Source: a virus (taxonomy: Duplodnaviria > Caudoviricetes). From it: a stretch of DNA of 64,000 nucleotides. Position numbers and translations under genes: made by a program. The notes beneath the pieces were generated by a model that was given only the letters and a program-made list of their open reading frames with translations, had not been told where the DNA came from and made no database searches. Below, piece after piece: positions 18,637-29,054 of this stretch. Where the stretch lies: positions 32,001-96,000 of the IMG/VR virus record IMGVR_UViG_3300020037_005233; one strand, written 5' to 3'. Position 1 is the stretch's first letter. Each line of letters opens with the position of its first letter.

Positions 18637-19560
18637 ATGATGAATGAAGAAGCAACCACATTTAATAACCTGTTTATCGAGCGTATGGATACGCAAGACG
18701 GACAGGTTAAGACAGCTCAGGCAGGACAGGCTTACGTCCGTTCTTTCCTACGTGAACACAGTTTTGCTCGTAAGATTCTCCCACCAGAGAGTGTTACCAG
18801 AGCAGATCTCCAACGTTCTACCCGCCACGACACCTTGATCAAGGTAGTTGATTTCGAGCATCCCTCGACAGCTGCTGCAGTCAATTTTCGTTCGGCTGGT
18901 CGTGAGCGTTACTTGCAAGGCAAGCGTTACTCAGTACCTTTCTTCAAAGTTGAGAGCGATCTCTTCACGAAGCAAGAAGCTGAATTGCTTGCTTACGAGT
19001 ACCCAATCACTAAGGTGATTGAAGAAAACAGCATCAAGGACATTATGTTTGTAGAAGACTCTGTCTTCTTGCAAGCTTCTGCCGGAGCTGTTTTCAATTC
19101 TGGTAAGAAAATTGTTAGCGCTGACACTGCTGTGTCACGTAGCAATCTTAACAAATTGTTCAAGATGATCGATGTGGATAAGCTCCAGTCGATGGTATGC
19201 TTGATGACCTCAGTCGATTTTGATGACTGGCAGGTTCAGCAAGCAACTGATGTCGGCTCACCTTTGGCTACCGAAATGGTTGTCAATGGTTACAAGTACG
19301 ACACCATCATGCGCCGTAAGCTTGTTGTGACCAACAAGGTTGATTTGCTCAGCCCTGGTCATATCTACGCTTACACCGATCCTAAGTTCCTCGGTAACTT
19401 CTTCATCTTGAACGACGTTAAGTTCTGGATTAAGAAAGAAGCCGATCGCGTGTTCTGGAAGAGCTGGGAATACGTCGGAATGGGTATTGCAAACCTTCGT
19501 TCGGTTGCCAAAATCGAACTTGCGGTTCCGCAAATCATTCCTGGCGGCGGTTCTTTCTAA
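18637..19560 (+). CDS. Major capsid protein, HK97 fold, encapsulin-like size
   Basis: 307 aa, AAGGAGG SD, FARKIL..., ending EYVGMGIANLRSVAKI, strong terminator follows. Confidence 0.8.
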   Translation: MMNEEATTFNNLFIERMDTQDGQVKTAQAGQAYVRSFLREHSFARKILPPESVTRADLQRSTRHDTLIKVVDFEHPSTAAAVNFRSAGRERYLQGKRYSVPFFKVESDLFTKQEAELLAYEYPITKVIEENSIKDIMFVEDSVFLQASAGAVFNSGKKIVSADTAVSRSNLNKLFKMIDVDKLQSMVCLMTSVDFDDWQVQQATDVGSPLATEMVVNGYKYDTIMRRKLVVTNKVDLLSPGHIYAYTDPKFLGNFFILNDVKFWIKKEADRVFWKSWEYVGMGIANLRSVAKIELAVPQIIPGGGSF

Positions 19561-19585
19561 GATTAGAAGTATTTGTTCTATTCTG

Positions 19586-19618
19586 GCCCAGGTGGTTAAC
19601 CTCCACCTGGGCTTTTTT
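19586..19618 (+). terminator. Rho-independent terminator after MCP
   Basis: GCCCAGGTGG-N7-CCACCTGGGC-TTTTTT. Confidence 0.9.
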
Positions 19619-19669
19619 ATTGCCTACAGCACTGACCTAGATGTAGTGTGGGTTTAGGAGATTCATTAT

Positions 19670-20218
19670 ATGGAAAGCAAGAAAAGATACCGCATTGTAA
19701 ACGTGACAAACCTCACCGGCGGCAGAGGTAATTTTTTAGATTTGGGCGAGATCAGCTCTGGCGTGTTTATTCCACCGGGGAAGTCTGTGACGGTGGAACT
19801 CAGCTATATCCCACAAATTCTCAGAGACTGGGCTGAGGCAGGTAACGTCCGTATCCACAATGACACCACTGGTCAGATCGAGATGGGCCCTAGCGCAGAT
19901 ATCTCAAGAAGTATGGTTGCTCCAGTTGGTGAGGTTTCTGCTACAGAGCTTGATATTGGAGAAGATGAGCCAGACCTTGCTGAGGCTGTCCCTGCGGCAC
20001 TCCCACACCAAGCAGATACACGAAGCAATGGAGCACACCTCCCCGATAACAGCCAACAATCCCGCGCGAAGGTAACATTAGGGAGCCAAGATGAGTCCTA
20101 CCCGGTTGACGCTATTTCTCCTATTCCTGGCGACCGTCCTCGTAGTATCGATGATTCCGAGAAGTTTACTGTGAAAGCCCCCCGCACCCAAGGTGTTGGT
20201 GGCATCATGGGTCGGTAG
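19670..20218 (+). CDS. Hypothetical protein after MCP
   Basis: AGGAG SD. Confidence 0.65.
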   Translation: MESKKRYRIVNVTNLTGGRGNFLDLGEISSGVFIPPGKSVTVELSYIPQILRDWAEAGNVRIHNDTTGQIEMGPSADISRSMVAPVGEVSATELDIGEDEPDLAEAVPAALPHQADTRSNGAHLPDNSQQSRAKVTLGSQDESYPVDAISPIPGDRPRSIDDSEKFTVKAPRTQGVGGIMGR

Positions 20219-20234
20219 GTGTTAAAATAGGGAC

Positions 20235-20717
20235 ATGTCTAATCTATTTGATGTCCCACCACAACACAGGATTCGAATGGAGAAGGCGCGGAAATATCTG
20301 CGCCTTTTTCTTATGGATACCGAGGAACTTAATAGGTTGGTGAGGGGTAAGGAGATCGATGACGATCGCCTTGATCTTGCTATTGAACTCACGATCAGTG
20401 ATTGGAACACAACCACACCAGTGATTGGTAGAGTTAGCATAGGTAGTTTCCCCTCACTTTATTTGCTCCTGCACGGCGCCGCTATTCAGTGTTTGAAGAT
20501 GGGCGGGCTATGGCAGACAAGAAACGAACTCACCTACAACTCTGGTGGCAGTAGTTTTGTCAGAGCTAATAAGACTCCGTACTACCAGAGCTGGATTCAG
20601 AATTTTTCATCTGAGTACGAGGCTAAAAAATTAAACTACAAGATTCAAAGGAACGTTGAGGGTGCTTACGGAACAGGGTTTCATTCTGAGTACGACTTAA
20701 TAGGCTATGACTGGTAG
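20235..20717 (+). CDS. Putative head-tail adaptor
   Basis: Size, position, helical N-terminus. Confidence 0.55.
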   Translation: MSNLFDVPPQHRIRMEKARKYLRLFLMDTEELNRLVRGKEIDDDRLDLAIELTISDWNTTTPVIGRVSIGSFPSLYLLLHGAAIQCLKMGGLWQTRNELTYNSGGSSFVRANKTPYYQSWIQNFSSEYEAKKLNYKIQRNVEGAYGTGFHSEYDLIGYDW

Positions 20718-20725
20718 CGTCATAA

Positions 20726-21643
20726 ATGAACACTATAAAATTCAAATCCTATCGCGCAATACCTCTCAGCAAAACACCTGCTAAAGTTCTCATCAAATGG
20801 GAGATTGAGGCCGGCACTACTGATTTGCAGGATTACGAGTTTTACGTCGAGCGTGGGCAGGCTGAAGATAACAAGCCTGGCGTTCAGAACGTAGATATTT
20901 TCAGAAGGCCTGTTACGCCTGAGATAGCGGTCACCACTACAAACAATATGCATGTGCTACATCGCGATGGTATCAGCGCACTTGATTTTAGCTGGTACCT
21001 TGATTTTAGCGACGCACTTAAGAACTTAAACGCCACTCCGTTTTACCGCATCAGATGCAGGAAAATAAGCACGCAAGAAGACATAGTCACTCCGAGCTTT
21101 ACATGGGCTGGTGAGCTAGACCTTGTAGGTCTTTATGTAATTGATGAGCACAACTTCATGCTCTCCGATGTGACTGGTGTGCCGTGCCTAGTTTATAACA
21201 GACGGCGTGGTGGAGTGCCGTGCCCACGTTGTTACGACCCCATTCAAAAGAAACGCACCTCCTCTAGTTGCAGCACTTGTTACGGAACCAACTGGGTGGG
21301 TGGCTTTCACAAACCTATTGATACGTTTATTGACTTCACACCTAACCCAAAAGCATCTGTGATCCAGCAGTGGGGTGAAACACAGCCCAACGAAACAAAC
21401 GCGCTCGCATCTAATTTCCCCTCCCTATCACCTGGCGATATAATCAGAGAGCTTAGGGAAGACAGGTTATGGCGTGTGGTACAGGTGGCCGAGACAGAGA
21501 AGCGGCGTGTGCCAATGCTACAATTTACCCGCATCACAGAGATTAAGCCCGGAGACATCGAGTACAAGATACCTGTTGATGAATTGCTTTCTATTGCAAA
21601 GATTGCTGAGCTAGAGTCTAGTAAATTAAAAAGGGAGTTTTAA
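20726..21643 (+). CDS. Putative neck/head-closure protein with CxxC zinc finger
   Basis: CPRC...CSTCYGT.WVGG, P.LSPGDII. Confidence 0.55.
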   Translation: MNTIKFKSYRAIPLSKTPAKVLIKWEIEAGTTDLQDYEFYVERGQAEDNKPGVQNVDIFRRPVTPEIAVTTTNNMHVLHRDGISALDFSWYLDFSDALKNLNATPFYRIRCRKISTQEDIVTPSFTWAGELDLVGLYVIDEHNFMLSDVTGVPCLVYNRRRGGVPCPRCYDPIQKKRTSSSCSTCYGTNWVGGFHKPIDTFIDFTPNPKASVIQQWGETQPNETNALASNFPSLSPGDIIRELREDRLWRVVQVAETEKRRVPMLQFTRITEIKPGDIEYKIPVDELLSIAKIAELESSKLKREF

Positions 21644-21645
21644 TT

Positions 21646-21840
21646 ATGTTCGCAGAGGGCTTCAAAAAGATTGCGTGGGAGATTAATCAACAGGCAGCCG
21701 CTGATTTTAGTCGCGGAGCTAGCAAAGGCTTTGGCGCTGATGACTGGAAGTCTGGTATACAAAACCTCAAGAATCAGATTGGTCTAGGAGGCCCCCAAAA
21801 ACCTCCTGCAGCAGGCACAGTCGACAGGGCTGGTGGGTAA
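21646..21840 (+). CDS. Small tagged protein (MFAEGFKKIA)
   Basis: Motif. Confidence 0.7.
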   Translation: MFAEGFKKIAWEINQQAAADFSRGASKGFGADDWKSGIQNLKNQIGLGGPQKPPAAGTVDRAGG

Positions 21841-21842
21841 AA

Positions 21843-22064
21843 ATGTTCAGCACTGGCTTCCTCAAAATCGCTGGCGTGTATAGTGTGCAAGGACCTCAAG
21901 GCGGTATCAAGCCCAGCAGCAAGCCCGCACGCATTAGCAGTCCTACGCCCGCACCTAGTTTTCTAAAGTCTGTTACCGGGGCCAAGGCGACCACTCCATT
22001 TGGCAGGCCTCTAACCGGCTTTGGGCACCGTCCCAAAATAACGTCTTTCCTACGACATGGCTAA
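21843..22064 (+). CDS. Small tagged basic protein (MFSTGFLKIA)
   Basis: Motif. Confidence 0.7.
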   Translation: MFSTGFLKIAGVYSVQGPQGGIKPSSKPARISSPTPAPSFLKSVTGAKATTPFGRPLTGFGHRPKITSFLRHG

Positions 22065-22371
22065 GGCTAAACTAACCCTATCCTCTGTAGAAGAGTTGTT
22101 TTCTGACACCTCACCGTTCCCGGCGGAGATGATCAGGGATCAGGTAGTTGAGGACCTTAAGATGACTGATTTGGCAGGTGCTAATCCGTCTCAGCTAAAG
22201 ATCTCTTTTGATGCTGACCAAGGGAGTGATATACTCATCAGGAGGATAGACCCAAAACAAGCACAGGGCTATCTCGTCTTTCAAGACGAGCGGGATTACA
22301 CTTCTTGGCTTTCCGCAGCACTAGCAGGACCTCCAGATTCAGAAAGGAGCGGCAATGGCAACGGGACCTAG
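22057..22371 (+). CDS. Hypothetical protein
   Basis: Coupled ORF in structural operon. Confidence 0.6.
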   Translation: MAKAKLTLSSVEELFSDTSPFPAEMIRDQVVEDLKMTDLAGANPSQLKISFDADQGSDILIRRIDPKQAQGYLVFQDERDYTSWLSAALAGPPDSERSGNGNGT

Positions 22372-22984
22372 AGATATAATCGACCCAAATAAGTTCTTCC
22401 CTAACACGTTGTTGTTCATGGAGAATAGTTTGCTCGCGTTTTTGCAGGCACTATTTTCCACATTCCCTCAGGATACCGGGTGTTTCCACTACAATGACAG
22501 CTCAGACCTGACAGAGATTAAGATCGAGGGTCAGGGCACTGACAACTTAGATTCTGTCGACACCAGGCCCAAAATCACAGTATTTCGTGGTAACGTGGGT
22601 TGGAACCTGGCTGGAATAAATGGATCGGTGGGGAGTAAGAATTTAAGCCAGTTGCAGGTCAGACACACCGCGATCTTGTCAGGGACTGTTGGTATTAGCT
22701 GCTACGCTAGAGAAGATCTAGAAGCTGACCGTATCGCAAACATCTGTGCAAGCGCAGTAGAAGCGTTTAGCCCAGTAATTAGAAGGTTTGGTTTCTTGCA
22801 AGTGCACACGGCTCAGATAGGACAGCGAGCTCAGATAGGTGCAGATAGTCGTCCTGAATTATTCGTTACTCCGGTCCTTATCAAGGCCGAGGTAACAAAA
22901 AACTGGAACCGCGAGATCGTGGATCCTGTTCTACTTAGAAAAGTTTTGATACAATATGTTACGACTCCTAAAGTTGGTCCGTAA
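22355..22984 (+). CDS. Putative tail terminator/completion protein
   Basis: Position before sheath; RPKITV...ISCYAREDLEADRIA pattern. Confidence 0.55.
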   Translation: MATGPRDIIDPNKFFPNTLLFMENSLLAFLQALFSTFPQDTGCFHYNDSSDLTEIKIEGQGTDNLDSVDTRPKITVFRGNVGWNLAGINGSVGSKNLSQLQVRHTAILSGTVGISCYAREDLEADRIANICASAVEAFSPVIRRFGFLQVHTAQIGQRAQIGADSRPELFVTPVLIKAEVTKNWNREIVDPVLLRKVLIQYVTTPKVGP

Positions 22985-23007
22985 CTTAGCCCAGAAGAGG
23001 TTGATAA

Positions 23008-24954
23008 ATGGCATACAGTGAACCAGGCGTAAAAGTTTCTCAGCAGTTTGTAAATGCATTGCCAGCACTGGCAGCGTTTGCATTACCAAACGTAAACGTA
23101 GGGCCAGCCTTCCAGGTTGTTACTGGCAGGGCCGCCGGCGCATACACGGGTGTTGCCGCAGACTATGCCTACGCAGGACAAATCTTAGGTACGATCGTAG
23201 ACACGCGCGAAGACGACGGAGACCTAGTTGGTTATCCGGTGAAGATCGAATTAAAAGACACTGTCATCCGCATCCTGAACCAAACCGGTACGGGTGATGT
23301 AGATACCTACGATCTTAATAAATTTAACGACGTTACGGTTAACGTTTTTCTAAACGTTGTCGCGGGAGACGTTATCGTTGTCACTGGCTCAGGCCTCGGC
23401 AACAACGGTGCTTACACCGTCAGAGAGAAAGTTAGCAGCAACATTTTAGTAACTAACGAAACCTTTGCAGCTGTAGAAGCAGGCCTTAACTACAGCATCA
23501 GACGCAATATTCAGACTAGTGTAGGTAATGTATTAATCCCTACCTCTACATCTGGTGTCACCGTCACTGACTTGTTAGTCCACTTACCGGTCTCTCTTAC
23601 CTACGTTGACACTGTTTTTGGAACGGTGCCTATCATCAGCGCAGAAGTCCTTCTCAGTTACAGAGCGCTCCGTTTAGAAAAGTCTGCTGATGTGTTTGAG
23701 TACAAGAAAACAAGCGAGCTCCAAGCTGATTTCGGTCTTGACCAAATCGTGCCTGAGAATCCAGTAGTTTTCGCGGCTTTCTTAGCACTCAATAACTCAG
23801 CCACTCCTACAAATATCTTAGCTCTTCCACAAGACTTCTTAGTCCCTGGCGATGAGCTTCTGGCTTACAGCAAAGCATTTGATATTCTAGCACTGACTGA
23901 AATGTACGCGATCTCTGTTCTTACTCAGAACACAGCCGTACACGGATCCCTTAAATCTCATGTAGAGGGTATGTCTTTACCAGACAACAAGCGTGAGCGT
24001 GTCGGTATCATCAACCGCAAAATTGTTCTCGATGCTGTTGTAGTTGACGAGGTCACCACAGGTGGAGCCGAAGGCATCAGCGGTGTCGGGTTTAACATCT
24101 TTGATTCTGCAGCGTCACAGTTCATCACCGATGGTGTTGTCCCTGGAATGTACCTCAAAGTAACTGCACCCTCTCCAGTAGTTGGTCGGTACAAGATCGG
24201 TGCCGTGAGTAGCCAGACACATCTCATTCTCTCAGAGGCAGCTCCTGCTGCAGCTCTAGGAGTGACATTCACTATTGAAAAGAACCTTACCAAGGCAGAG
24301 CAAGCAGCTGTACTTTCAGCTTATGCTCATAGCTTAGGATCAAGACGTTTGGTCATGACTTGGCCAGATGTGGTTAAGATCCCTGTAGGGAACGTAATCA
24401 AGCAACTTCCTGGGTATTTCTTAAACTCTGGTATCGGCGCTCTTACCACAGGGTTGCCTACTCAACAGGGTCTGACCAACACCTCTGTAAGCGTTTACAC
24501 TGGTGTGGTTCATAGCACTAAATACTTCGACAGAGATCAGCTAAATGTGATCGCTGACGGCGGAGTGATGATCTTTGTTCAAGACGTGCTTGATCAAACG
24601 GCTCTTTATATCAGGCACCAGCTCACCACTGACAGGTCTGCTATCAAGTTCCAAGAATACAGCATCACCAAGAACGTGGACTTTGTTGCCAAGTTTATCC
24701 GTAACAACCACAAGCAGTTTATTGGTAAGTACAACATCGTCGACAATGCTTTTGACGATCTCAAAACCAATGCTAAAGGCATCATCACTTTCTTAGTGGA
24801 GAAGACAAAACTTCCTAAGATCGGTGGCGTTCTTCGCAGCGGGAAGCTTACAAAAATTGAGCAGGACCCTGTCAATATCGATAGTATTGTTGAGGTGTAT
24901 AACCTAGATATTCCAGTGCCTCTCAACAACCTAGACATCACTATTGTCGTCTAA
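23008..24954 (+). CDS. Tail sheath protein
   Basis: MAYSEPGVKV start, IRHQLTT..QEYSI, C-terminal PVPLNNLDITIVV. Confidence 0.85.
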   Translation: MAYSEPGVKVSQQFVNALPALAAFALPNVNVGPAFQVVTGRAAGAYTGVAADYAYAGQILGTIVDTREDDGDLVGYPVKIELKDTVIRILNQTGTGDVDTYDLNKFNDVTVNVFLNVVAGDVIVVTGSGLGNNGAYTVREKVSSNILVTNETFAAVEAGLNYSIRRNIQTSVGNVLIPTSTSGVTVTDLLVHLPVSLTYVDTVFGTVPIISAEVLLSYRALRLEKSADVFEYKKTSELQADFGLDQIVPENPVVFAAFLALNNSATPTNILALPQDFLVPGDELLAYSKAFDILALTEMYAISVLTQNTAVHGSLKSHVEGMSLPDNKRERVGIINRKIVLDAVVVDEVTTGGAEGISGVGFNIFDSAASQFITDGVVPGMYLKVTAPSPVVGRYKIGAVSSQTHLILSEAAPAAALGVTFTIEKNLTKAEQAAVLSAYAHSLGSRRLVMTWPDVVKIPVGNVIKQLPGYFLNSGIGALTTGLPTQQGLTNTSVSVYTGVVHSTKYFDRDQLNVIADGGVMIFVQDVLDQTALYIRHQLTTDRSAIKFQEYSITKNVDFVAKFIRNNHKQFIGKYNIVDNAFDDLKTNAKGIITFLVEKTKLPKIGGVLRSGKLTKIEQDPVNIDSIVEVYNLDIPVPLNNLDITIVV

Positions 24955-24981
24955 TTTTCAAAGCATTAAGGAGATCTATAA

Positions 24982-25698
24982 ATGGCTACTACCGACTTTG
25001 CAAACTGGGACTTCAGTAACTATCATGTCCAGCAGGAACTTAAGGGCGGACAATTCGTGTCTGCAGAAACATCACTGATCGCCTCCGGAAGACCGGAAAT
25101 CACTGGCGGCGGTAACTACAGCTCCGGCACTGCCGGTGACGTAGGCACCGTGTACCCTATTGGTTTGATCGAGAACGCAGGCATCAGCCAAAGCAAGCAG
25201 CTACAGAAGTTGTTTGAAATCGGCAGCTCCAGAAGCTACTTCGTTCCCGGCCGCGTGATCGGGTCTGTGAACATCGGCCGTATTTTTTACTACGGCCCTT
25301 CGCTTCTCCGAACCTTCTACGCCTACTACTACAATGATGCTAACAACATCAAAATTGGTACAGAAGCAGCTAGCGCTGAAGTAACTCTAGAGGATAGCAG
25401 TATCACTCAGTCTCCTCTCGCAAGACTTCTTGGTAGCGACACCGCTTTCCACAAAGTTAAGCACAGTCCTGGCGAAGATTACTTCTACGTGAATCTTGCC
25501 TCTGACTTATTCAATCAAGGCTTTGGTCTTGCGTTCTACTTTAAAGACACTAACTTCAACTCTGTCGGTGCATTCTATCTTGAGAATGTGTACGTACAGG
25601 GCCACCAGTTCAGCCTGAGCTCTGGTTCAGTGCTGGTTATGGAAGGTGCGTCTATGCAGTACGATCGTATTGTTCCTATTAAGTTGATTAACGCCTAA
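24982..25698 (+). CDS. Tail tube protein
   Basis: Follows sheath; IGLIE..GISQSKQLQKLFEIGS..YFVPG. Confidence 0.8.
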   Translation: MATTDFANWDFSNYHVQQELKGGQFVSAETSLIASGRPEITGGGNYSSGTAGDVGTVYPIGLIENAGISQSKQLQKLFEIGSSRSYFVPGRVIGSVNIGRIFYYGPSLLRTFYAYYYNDANNIKIGTEAASAEVTLEDSSITQSPLARLLGSDTAFHKVKHSPGEDYFYVNLASDLFNQGFGLAFYFKDTNFNSVGAFYLENVYVQGHQFSLSSGSVLVMEGASMQYDRIVPIKLINA

Positions 25699-25712
25699 TA
25701 GGTGGTGCCTGC

Positions 25713-28229
25713 ATGGATTCTCTGGATAAAAAACTAAGGTTAACATTCCGCACGATGTACGGAGCAGGTACCGGAAGCGCTGGGGCTGGCCTTGGGTTTT
25801 TAGCTAGAAGCCGATATGAAGACAGGTTTAAGCCAGACAAAGAAAAAACAACTGGGGACAAGCTATTAGCAAAAGCACCTGTGCTGGGAGCGCTCACGGG
25901 CTTTGGTGCCGGATTCTTTAGAGGTAAACACCACGCAAAGACATTAGTGGACAGCCTAAGCAAGTTTGGAGCTCTAAAAAAAGACGTTGAGCTCAGGCCA
26001 CATCAACTTGATTTGATCGATCAGGTGCACAAAAACAACGGTCAGATGCTAGTAGCGCACGCAACCGGAGTGGGCAAAACCCTGGGTGCTATAGCAGCGT
26101 TTGAGGACCTGAAGCAAAAGGGCAAGGCTAGTAAAGCTATCGTAGTGGTTCCGTCTTCGCTTAGAAGTAATTTTGTGGATAGCGGTATCAAGAAGTTTAC
26201 GAATTCTTCTGTGTCTACCTTTGGGCCAAAGAATGAATCGGGGACTAAGAATGTGGGTCATCACTCAGCGGCAACCTATAATGTCATAAGCTACGATTTG
26301 TTCAGAGAACACGGCAAAGAAATAATTGATAAGTTAAAACCAGACACACTCATCATGGACGAGGTGCACAGAGCTCGCGCCACTGAGGGTGTTACATACA
26401 ATAAACTCATGGATTTGAGGCCACACTTTAAAAACGTGCTCACACTCACTGGATCTGTGGTTAACAACGACCCTAATGAAATCGTACCCCTTCTAGATAT
26501 TACCTACGGCAGGACGGGTCACAGGCTGGTAAATACAAAATTCTTCGATAAGCTATTTGTTAATAAACAGGCTAAAACTGTTGGGTTTATACAGCCAAAG
26601 ACAGTCATAGAGAAATCTCTTAAAAACAAGCCACAGCTTAGTAAATATTTAGAAGGTAAGGTTAGCTACGTACCACACGAGGATGTGGAGAAACTGCTGC
26701 CCAAGAAAAGCATGGAAGTTGTACGTGTACCAATGTCTAAGAGACAGCACGAACTATATGACTTCTCCATGAGTTCTGTAGATCCGCTTACAAGATGGAA
26801 GATTAGAAACAACCTCCCGGTGGGGCAGAAGGAAGCTCAAGAAGCTTTTGGAAAACTCATGCAGGCAAGGCAAGTTGCCACAGACCCATCAGTTCTTGAC
26901 AAAGAGCTGCAGAAGCTACCGGATCCAGCTGCATTTAGTCCTAAAATCAAACGCATCGTGGATGACCTTCAAAGTCACCTTGATGCTGGAAAAGATAATA
27001 AGTCCGTTATCTATGGTAACCTTCTTGAGGGCCAGCTGAAAGCTGTTGAGAAGTCGCTCAAACATAAGGGCATTGATTACACCACTTTTTACGGTGTGGG
27101 TAACGAAGGGAACTCCGCTAAGGCTAGGAAGCAGAATATTGAAAACTTCCAAAAAGGTGACCACAGAGTACTACTCATTTCTGGTGCTGGTGCCGAGGGC
27201 CTTGATCTGAAAAATGCAAACATGCTTCAGGTGGTAGAAGGACACTACAACCCAGAGCGTATTCACCAAGCCGAGTCTCGCGTGAGAAGGCTAGGCTCCC
27301 CTGTCAAAGAGGTTCAGATTAAACGCTATGTATCCACACCATCAGGTTCTAAAGCAGGCTCGTACCTCAAAGACTTGTTGAGTAAAACACCTGTTGGAGG
27401 AAACACAGGCGTTGATGAGTGGATTTATACTATAGCCGGTAAAAAAGAAAAACTTAACGCATCATTCAGGGATGTTCTTAATAACCGCGGCGTAGATAAG
27501 ACAGCTGGGTTCAACGTTAATGACTCTGACGACAGGGCCTTTGCTGGTCACCTGTTGGGGTCACAGGCTCCGGTTGCAGGGCAGTATGGAATGATATTCG
27601 GACGTGCTTTTGGAAGACCTATAGCTAACTTAATGGCTAGACAAACAGATAAAGCTTTAGAGACAAAGGCAAAGCAAATCTTGTTAGATATGGGGCACGA
27701 AAACCTTGCTACAAAGCAACACTTTCCTAAGATAATGGCAGAGTCTAAGCTGGATGAGAAAGCACTAGACGCTAGTATGGGTATGGCTGCACTAGCAGGC
27801 GGCGCTGGTTTGATGTATAGCCTAAACCCAAGCGCGCACAAATTAGTCGATAAGTATGTAGCCGCCCCCCTAGGTAACCAACTTCAGAAATATTTAGCAA
27901 AGCGTCCTATCGTACCTTATGGAGGTAAAGCCTCCGATAAAGCACGCATGTTGCTTCATGCGGCTTCCAGCACTCCCGGAGGCCGTAAGTTAATAGCCAC
28001 GGGCTTAGTAGGTATAGGTATGGGATTAGCTGGGCCTATACTAGGGGCATACGTAACTAGAAAAGTGCTAAATAGTTCCCTTAAAACAGACAACCCCGAT
28101 CTTAAAAAGGGGATTGATATTTATAAAGAAAAACTTCGCAAGAAATATGAAAGTAAGTACAAAACCTCTAAAGGATTTGTAAACGAGTTCGAGACCAAGA
28201 AAGAACTTGGTATTGATGTGATTGATTAA
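25713..28229 (+). CDS. SNF2/SF2 helicase with hydrophobic Gly-rich N- and C-terminal extensions
   Basis: LRPHQ, ATGVGKT, DEVH, LTGS, AGAEGLDL, QAESRVRRLG. Confidence 0.9.
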   Translation: MDSLDKKLRLTFRTMYGAGTGSAGAGLGFLARSRYEDRFKPDKEKTTGDKLLAKAPVLGALTGFGAGFFRGKHHAKTLVDSLSKFGALKKDVELRPHQLDLIDQVHKNNGQMLVAHATGVGKTLGAIAAFEDLKQKGKASKAIVVVPSSLRSNFVDSGIKKFTNSSVSTFGPKNESGTKNVGHHSAATYNVISYDLFREHGKEIIDKLKPDTLIMDEVHRARATEGVTYNKLMDLRPHFKNVLTLTGSVVNNDPNEIVPLLDITYGRTGHRLVNTKFFDKLFVNKQAKTVGFIQPKTVIEKSLKNKPQLSKYLEGKVSYVPHEDVEKLLPKKSMEVVRVPMSKRQHELYDFSMSSVDPLTRWKIRNNLPVGQKEAQEAFGKLMQARQVATDPSVLDKELQKLPDPAAFSPKIKRIVDDLQSHLDAGKDNKSVIYGNLLEGQLKAVEKSLKHKGIDYTTFYGVGNEGNSAKARKQNIENFQKGDHRVLLISGAGAEGLDLKNANMLQVVEGHYNPERIHQAESRVRRLGSPVKEVQIKRYVSTPSGSKAGSYLKDLLSKTPVGGNTGVDEWIYTIAGKKEKLNASFRDVLNNRGVDKTAGFNVNDSDDRAFAGHLLGSQAPVAGQYGMIFGRAFGRPIANLMARQTDKALETKAKQILLDMGHENLATKQHFPKIMAESKLDEKALDASMGMAALAGGAGLMYSLNPSAHKLVDKYVAAPLGNQLQKYLAKRPIVPYGGKASDKARMLLHAASSTPGGRKLIATGLVGIGMGLAGPILGAYVTRKVLNSSLKTDNPDLKKGIDIYKEKLRKKYESKYKTSKGFVNEFETKKELGIDVID

Positions 28230-28238
28230 GGAGAAACT

Positions 28239-29054
28239 ATGAGTTTTAAAGGGGGCTTCAACAAACAAGCCGGTTTTTTAGACGCAGCCGGACGGGTTCT
28301 TAAAAGCAGCGTAACAGCCAAGGGAGCTGTTAAAAACATCGGTAGAACTGCAGCTATGGGTGCCGCAGGCGGCGCACTTACTGGTGGTCTACAGAAGGAC
28401 GAGAACGGTAACCGCGGCGGTATCGGCGGAGCTCTTAAGGGAGCTGTAGCTGGTGGTGTTGGTGGTGCTGCTATCGGCGTAGGCGCAAATGCTGGAGACA
28501 GGGTCTCTAAGCTACGTGGCATCAACAAGGTTAAGAACATGCCAGGGAAGCCGGCAAATCCTATTATACTTCCTAAACCAGCTGTCCAAAGATCAGTGCC
28601 TAAACAGCGCCCAGATATTACGCCTGAGTACGCTAAAGTAGCTATGCTACTTAAAGAAGCTGCCAAGCGTAAAAAAGGTTCTAACATTTCGCCTCCTATG
28701 GCCGGACACTCTTTAGCCGACCAACTGGCTAAGGCTAAAGCTAAGAAGGACGCAAACCCCGATCTTAAAGCTGAGAAGCGCTTCAATAAGCTGCCTAAAA
28801 AAACGCGAGATTTATACAATGAGGCTAAGGCTCTCAGCGATAAAGCACAGAAGGGCATTGATGATATCAAGGCCAGCCGCAGAGCCGCTGTAACTGCAGA
28901 GGCTAAGGCTGCTGGTAAAGCCGCAGCACCTAAGATCGTTGCTCCAAAGTCAGGGTTTGCTAAACACTGGCCTAAGGCTGCTGGCGGTGCGATCGCTGCC
29001 GGTGCCGCTGCTTATGGGTACCACAAGTACAAGCAGAAGAAGGAAAACGCATGA
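28239..29054 (+). CDS. Tagged Lys/Ala/Gly-rich virion protein (MSFKGGFNKQA)
   Basis: Motif, glycine zippers, highly basic. Confidence 0.7.
   Translation: MSFKGGFNKQAGFLDAAGRVLKSSVTAKGAVKNIGRTAAMGAAGGALTGGLQKDENGNRGGIGGALKGAVAGGVGGAAIGVGANAGDRVSKLRGINKVKNMPGKPANPIILPKPAVQRSVPKQRPDITPEYAKVAMLLKEAAKRKKGSNISPPMAGHSLADQLAKAKAKKDANPDLKAEKRFNKLPKKTRDLYNEAKALSDKAQKGIDDIKASRRAAVTAEAKAAGKAAAPKIVAPKSGFAKHWPKAAGGAIAAGAAAYGYHKYKQKKENA

Noticed and set aside
18637-19560. Cellular encapsulin nanocompartment
   Set aside because: Context of protease, scaffold, neck, sheath and tube indicates a phage capsid
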